Source: the human T2T-CHM13v2.0 reference genome, Homo sapiens. Taken from it: a stretch of DNA of 64,000 nt. This document shows, in pieces, positions 57,113 to 64,000 of the stretch. The first letter of the stretch is position 1; each line of letters starts with the position of its first letter. Below the pieces are notes generated by a model. The model made no database searches. It worked only from the letters and a program-made list of their open reading frames with translations, and was not told the origin of the DNA. The position numbers were made by a program, and so were the translations under genes. Where the stretch lies: the NCBI RefSeq assembly GCF_009914755.1, contig NC_060936.1; one strand, 5' to 3'.

Positions 57113-57174
57113 TAACACACCCCTTCAACAAAAGAGGTCCTGCTCTATCTGCCTTATATACTGAGGTTTTACAT

Positions 57175-57395
57175 CAAGTTTGTCAAACCTCTGGCCTGCA
57201 TGTGGTCCAGGACAGCTTTGAATGCGGCCCAACACAAATTCGGAAACTTAAAATATTATGAGATTTTTTTTTTTTTTTTGCAATTTTTTTCTTTTAGCTC
57301 GTTAGCTGTCATTAGTGTTAGGGTATTTTATGTGTGGCCCAAGACAATTCTTCTTCCAATGAGGCCCAGGGAAGCCAAAACATTAGACACCCCTG
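57175..57395 (-). mobile_element. MER30 (hAT-Charlie)
   Basis: GCTTTGAATGCGGCCCAACACAAATTCG...GGCCCAGGGAAGCCAAAA...GACACCCCTG. Confidence 0.85.
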
Positions 57396-58005
57396 CTCTA
57401 CATAAAAATTTATTTGAAAGAATCTGCTATTACAATAACTTTCTCAGTATACAGGTAAAGACACTGAGTCACAGAGAGGGTCAGTGACTTTCCTGAGATG
57501 CTGGCAAGTAGAGAGGGACCTCCTGAATCTAAGAACTCTGCCCCCTGAAACCTAGGCCTCTGCCTGTCCCCACCCCCATCTGTGTGCCATTGCCTTTATA
57601 AACACAACACAGCTGTCAGCAGATGTCCCTTGCATCACTTTGGCAATTCCCCTTTCTTTGGTCATCATGGGAAGCAAGGACTTCCTCAGCCCCTGCCCCT
57701 CTCCTGTGATCCAAGAACACACACTCTCCCCAGCCAAATTCCCCTTGTGCCAAGCACCGGTCTTCCCTGCGGAGAGGTGAGCAAACAGCTCCCACCCAGA
57801 CAGGGCCTCATGCAAGATGTCTCCATGGGTTGAAGAAAGAGTGGCTCTTCTCCACAGAAATCATACATCCATTCAGTCAAGAAGACTGGGGAAATTATCA
57901 CAGAAATCATTCTCTGAGTGTGGGAAAAAGTGTAGACTGTACCCTTCACTATAATTAAGCTGGGCTTCAAGGGAGCAGTGAGTATGTTAGCCAATGCTTT
58001 GTGGG

Positions 58006-58282
58006 TTTTTTTGTTTTTTTTTTTTTTTTTGGAGATGGAGTTTCACTCTTGTCGCCCAGGCTGGAGTGCAATGGCGTGACCTCAGCTTACTGCATCCTCC
58101 ACCTACTTGGTTCGAGCAATTCTCCTGCCTCAGCCTCCTGAGTAGCTGGGATTACAGGCACCCACCAACATGCCCGGCTAGTTTTTGTATTTTTAGTAGA
58201 GACGGGGTTTCACCATGTTGGCCAGGCTGGTCTTGAAGTCCTGACCTCAGGTGATCCACCCACCTCGGCCTCCTAAAGTGCT
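58006..58282 (-). mobile_element. AluSp/Sq-like, lacking ~30 bp of its 5' end
   Basis: TTTCACTCTTGTCGCCCAGGCTGGAGTGCAATGG; ends at AAAGTGCT. Confidence 0.93.
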
Positions 58283-60302
58283 ATTATATAGCGTTGTTCT
58301 TTTGGAAAAGTATTTTTGTGACCCATTGTGTGAAAATTAAAACCCTGTGCTCTTAGTGCTGAGAGGCAGTGATTTTCCTGCATGGGCTTAGGGTCACCGG
58401 CAGCCTCCTCCGCTCCCCTAGCTGGGTCCATTGGTGCAGTTAGGCAGCCTGGGTCAGCTGCCATGGACTGACCATAGGCCAGGCTGGACAGCCCTTGACT
58501 GTCCTAGGTGACATGGTCTCTGCCATGGTCTTGCAGAATCACAGGAAATCGATTAACACATGCCCAATTATCCCTGCAGAGAACCAGGCTCCTGAGTGTA
58601 TTTTTAGAACTCATCTAAATGGATGCTTATTCCCTAATGCCAGCTCTGGTTTATAACCTGCTGAACCATTTGGGTTTCTTTAATTTAACCTCATAAGTGG
58701 TGGGTGACTCTAAGTCTCATTCCCTGGATCAGAAAATCCAGTGGTTCCCTATTGCTTACAAAATAAAATCCTGAAATCTTGAGCCTGGCACATACCTTCT
58801 CTGTCACCTTCTTTGCTTAATTCCTGCTCTTCCTTCAAAACCCTTGCCCACAGCTCCCTCTTCAGTACTCCTTCACACATTTTTCTTCCTGAGCTGCATA
58901 CGTTGTGCTACAGTGATATTAATGTGTCTGTCTTCCCAGCTGTGAGCTCTTTGAGGTCAGGGACAGCTTCATTCATTCTCTTTTCTTCATTCTTTTTCTT
59001 TGGGAATCTCTAGCACCTAGCACATTGTGTGCCACATAGTGAGGCCTCAGATGTTCAATGAATTAATAATTAACTGGTTAATTTTAAGGGAGAAAACAGA
59101 TACATGAACCACCAAACACACCCCTACAATGATAAATGAGGAGGGCAGCCTCAGGCAGGGCAGCAGCAGGGAGAAGAGTGGAATGGTGGGTTCGCAAGAT
59201 GTTCATTGAGGAGAGCTGCAGAAGGGGATGGCTTAGTGTTGGGGTGGGAAAGTGATAAAGCTGAGAAAAAGGAGTGAGCACTGCATAGGTGGATGGAGTG
59301 TCACTTACTGAGATTAGAAATACAAGATGGATGGGTTGCAGTGGGAAGATACTGACTTAGTTTTGGGCATGCTGGATATTAGGGAGCCTGTGGTCATGGG
59401 CATGAGCCTGGAGCCCAGCAGGCTTTGAGAGTCATCAGCTTGTTGGAGGTGGATGGAGTTGGGCATAAATGGGGGTAGCAAAGAGGAGACAAGAGGCAAA
59501 GCACAGAATGTTCCCCACCTCACCCTGGAAGGAATGCCATCCTTAAAGGTGTAAACCAGGAAGAGGACGAGTCGATGAGGCCAAGGAAGAAAGGACAGTT
59601 TTGGAGATTTGGTCATGATGTTCAGATCAAGGCAAATTGGAAACTTGGAGAAGAATACAATGAGAGTGGTAACATGAAACCAGCAGTGGGGAGAGAAGGC
59701 TTCAAAAGAAGATGTGACCAACTTTTCAAATTCAGCAGAGATGAAGCAGGAGGAGATAGGAAAAGCCACCTTTGGCTCTGGCAATTGGAAGTGACTTTGG
59801 GATAAGTGGGCGGTGGAGGAGGTCAGACAGTGGTGGGGTGCAGGATGAATGGATGAAGAAGTGAAGCTTCAGAGGAAGAAAGATCTGGCAATAACTTAAG
59901 AGGGAAACAGGATCTAGGAAAATGTGACTTGAGAAACAGTATGCATGGTCATTAGGTTGAACTGTTGCATCTTAACAGCTGAGATTGTATCCTGGCTCAC
60001 TATACTAGTCTTACACAGGACTAATTTGTTGCTTCTAGAAGTGGAGCTAAAGCGTACTTTTGGGGGGGCGGCAGGGGGCAGTGGGGCAGGGACATTTGTA
60101 CAAAGACTCTGACCCCCAGGGATAGGAGTTAGTTAAAACAAAGGCTGAACTGCTGTGTCAGAAACCCAACAGGACTGTGGCTTAAAGAACAAAGAAGCTT
60201 CTTTTTCTTTCATGTAACAGTTCAGGCTAGGCAAGCTGTTCTGCTCCACACAGTCATACAGGGAGCCAGGTTCCTGCCCTTTTTGTCTACCATCCCCAAG
60301 GG

Positions 60303-60484
60303 CAGTGCGTGGTCTCAAAGTGTGGTCCCCAGACCAACAGCATCAGCCTCACCTGGAAACGTGTTAGAAATGCAGAGTCTCAGGCACGACCCCAGACTTA
60401 CTCAGAATCTCTAATAGGGGAGCACTGTAGTTTTGAAAGCCCTCCAGGTGACTCTAATGTACCCTTGATTTTGAGAACCACCGC
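60303..60484. mobile_element. MER5A nested in an old MLT1 LTR (~60160-60780)
   Basis: GGTCTCAAAGTGTGGTCCCCAGACC...GTTAGAAATGCAGA...TTTGAGAACCAC. Confidence 0.85.
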
Positions 60485-61568
60485 TCTGAGGTGCTGTCCT
60501 TGTCTGCATGGTTGAAGCTGATTTCAGACACATCCATGGCAAGGGAAAGACTGGAAAGGGAAAGATTGTGGCAATGTGCATGAGCAGTATTTTAAGGTCC
60601 AGGGGTGGAGTACTACTTCCACTCATCCATTGTCAAGAATACTATATGGCCAGAGCTAGCTGCTAGAAGGGTTGGGGAATGCAGTCACTTGTTAGGTGGC
60701 CACATACCCAGCTATGACTCCATTTTAATGGAAGAAGGGGAGAAAATCTTCTGGGAGACCATTAGTAGTCTTGGCTCCCTTAGGAATCAAACTGAAGGAA
60801 GTTTAATGCCACATCCCATCCTCTAGAAGGAAGAAAAGATATCTACCTACAGATCACTAAGGCTTGTCTGTTTAAAGAGATCAATGGGGGTCTTTTATTG
60901 GATGAACCAGCCCCCCAAATGTCTGTCCACCCTCAATGGACATGAGCAGCCCAGCCCTTGGACAACTGCCTCAACTGCTCACCCACTATATACTGTGCTG
61001 CCAAGTCCCTGGTTGGTAACTTCCAATAAACATCAGGATTTCCCCAGCTGACCCCATCAGAAGGAAGGCACCCAGGCTGGGCAGGGAAGGATGGGTAGTT
61101 AGAAGGGGTGCTGGTTTACTAGAAATGAGAGCTAGAAGATAAGCTGCTTGTCCAATGAGCAGCTGGGCACTTGCAGGGCAGCTGTGCACACCTGCACAGA
61201 CTGTGCCTTGCACAATTCCAGGGGCAGCCATTCTCATGGGTCTCAACCATGTCCCACCCTCAGGGGAACCCCAGCACCCTGGGGTCTTGGACCTTCTGCT
61301 GCTGCTGCTCTTTGCCTTACAGATCCTGAGCTCACCCTGAATGGGTCACCCCTGAAGCTTCCATCCTTGCTCTGAGCAGCTTCTCGGGAAGCATCTCAGT
61401 GCTCCAAGGACCAAGCCTAGACAGAGAAATCAATTCTGGATAGGGACAACTTATCTTCCCTCCTCAAAGCCTACTAAAAGCCCAACCCTGAGAGACTTTG
61501 ACTTTGGCATCAGCAACACCTGGGCTTGATTCCCAGGTCTGCCAAAGGAGCCTCAGCCTCCTTGTTTA

Positions 61569-61887
<319 letters not shown>

Positions 61888-63387
61888 TCCAGAAGGAGTG
61901 GCACCTGCCTCACTGAGTTATTGAGACAAGTAAGAAAACTGGGCCAGTTGAGGGCCCGACCACTGTGCTGAAGCTGCAGGGGGCTGGGTTTTTTACTACT
62001 GACCAGAGTCTGGGAGAGGTGCCAGTGGCCAGAGGTGGTTTCTCAAGGCCATAAAACACCTGTCTTCATAACTAGGAAATCACAGTTTCTGAAACAGAGA
62101 CAGGATGACGCGCCTTCCTCAGATCTGGCATTTGTTTATGTAATGATCTACCTTCAAATTCAACCACACGCACGCACTCCATCTCTAACAGTTCTGCCAC
62201 TTTTGATTCTGAGTTCTGCAGCAGGAGAAGGGAGCCACTTGTGTTTGCCGACACTGAGATCACACTAGTGGTGGGTTTTAGGGGCTCTGGGCTTTCCCGG
62301 GCTCTGCTGTGGGTCTGTTTTTAAGGGCTGGAGCAAAGGCAAGAAAAAGAGGGCGAAGGGTTAGGAGAAGTGAGGAGACTGCATATTCATTTTCAATCCC
62401 TGTCAGAGCTGCCCCCTTCTGCTGTGGGTTTCTTCTGAGGTCTCACTCCTCTAAGGAAGGGCCCGATTACAACCTCAGGTGTTTCCCATCAATGGAACTG
62501 TCCTGTTCACATTGGTGCCTTGTTTGGATTATTTTCAAAAGGATTTTTTACTTTGATGTACAATGGACATAGGTCTGTATCTCTCATCTGAGGCTGAAAT
62601 TGGAAAACGAGAGAAAAGAGAAGACATTGTGGAGAGTGCAGAGAAAACTCAGGGAGAAAAAGACGGGAAATCCCTGGGCTGGCTTGTGAAAGACTCCCAA
62701 AGGGCCCTGTTGGGAGAACTGGCTGGTGCCTGCACTAAAGCCATCTACACAGAAATGCATCCTGCACGTTCCCACAGGTGCATGCCATAGAAGCAATGGC
62801 CTGAGTTTCACTTCTCTCCTTTCCAATACCTTTGACTTAGGTTCCTTGGGGAACCAGGTGAGAGCCTGAGTGGGATGAGAAATATTTATGTGATTCTCAA
62901 AGAGTTCATGAGTGTTCACATGGCTCCTTAGTGCATTCCTTCCTTCATTCATTCATTCATTCAGCATCCGACACCCATACATCAGGTACTCTGTTGGGTG
63001 TTCAGGGCCCAGAACTCAACTCATATTTTATCAGATAATATAGCTAAGGGGCATGCCTCAGACTTCATTAATGGGGATTGTTGACCCTGGGATGTAAGAG
63101 CAGGAAGTGGGATGGAGAAATACATAGAGTGTGGAGGGAATCCGACAGGTTTAGAGGCTTGAGGAGTATTGAATATTGTTGACAAGCAGCATAACATGGT
63201 GGTAAAGAGCCAACCTGGGATGTTTTTTAAGTGAATAGAAGCACTGCTCATAATTATGTCCACATAATTATGTGCAGGTGTAAACCAGAGTTAACCTCTG
63301 TCTCCCTTTCCTCTTCTGTAACATGCGGACAATGCGCATGCCTACCTCATGGGGTTGTGAGGATTAAAAGAGATAATGCTTACAAGG

Positions 63388-63710
63388 CAGGGGTCCCTGA
63401 CCCCCAGATCATGCCCCAGTAGGAACCAGCCTCACAGCAAGAGGTGAGTGGCAGGTGAACGAGCATTACCGCCTGAGCTCCGCCACCTGTCAGATAAGTG
63501 GTGGCATTAGATTCTCATAGGAGCACGAACCCTATTATGAATTCACATGTGAGAGATCTCAGTTGCACACTCCTTGTGAGAATTTAATGCCTGATGATCA
63601 GAGGTGGAACAGTTTCATCCCAAAACCATCCTCCCCCTACCTCCACCATCCGTGGAAAAATTGTCTTCCACGAAACCAGTCCCTGGTGCCAAAAAGGTTG
63701 GGGACCGCTG
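63388..63710 (+). mobile_element. MER1B (hAT-Charlie)
   Basis: CAGGGGTCCC...GGGGACCGCTG TIRs; perfect 8-bp TSD TTACAAGG at 63380 and 63711. Confidence 0.93.
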
Positions 63711-63720
63711 TTACAAGGTA

Positions 63721-63959
63721 CAGTTGATCCTTGAACAGCATGTGTTTAAACTGTGTATGTCCACCTATACGTGCATATTTTTCAACCAAATACAGATCAA
63801 AAATACAGTATTTGCAGGATGCAAAACCCATATATACAGAGGGCCGACTTTTCACATGCAAGGGTTCTGCGGGACCGACTGCCAACCTTGCGTATGCATG
63901 GATTTTGCTATACTTGGGGATCTTGGAACCAATCCCCCGCATATACTGTGGGACAACTG
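63721..63959 (-). mobile_element. MER8 (Tigger MITE)
   Basis: TA|CAGTTGATCCTTGAAC...GGAACCAATCCCCCGC...GGGACAACTG. Confidence 0.9.
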
Positions 63960-64000
63960 CTCTTAGTACCATGCCTGATGCATGGTACATGATAAACACT

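Overview
This is primate (very likely human) genomic DNA, judged from its Alu, L1PA, THE1/MST and MER content. I see no host protein-coding exon. The ORF track is almost entirely repeat-derived or chance ORFs. Bases 1-48.9 kb are intergenic and dense in transposon fossils, many of them nested. The largest is a near-full-length minus-strand L1PA5/6-like element (about 11.3-17.8 kb). Its ORF1 and ORF2 are broken, an AluY and a tiny second L1 3' end are inserted in it, its 5' end lacks the YY1 site, and its antisense ORF0 is open. A CpG island at about 48.9-49.8 kb holds GC boxes, an Inr-like element and a short ATG-less candidate exon ending at a strong donor (AGG|GTAAGT, 49416/49417). This is most likely exon 1 of a + strand gene whose first intron runs past the window end; I cannot name the gene. 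I found no convincing new biological system. The best leads are retrotransposon structures and regulatory hypotheses. Repeat family names come from recalled consensus sequences and need RepeatMasker/Dfam confirmation; boundaries of old elements are approximate.
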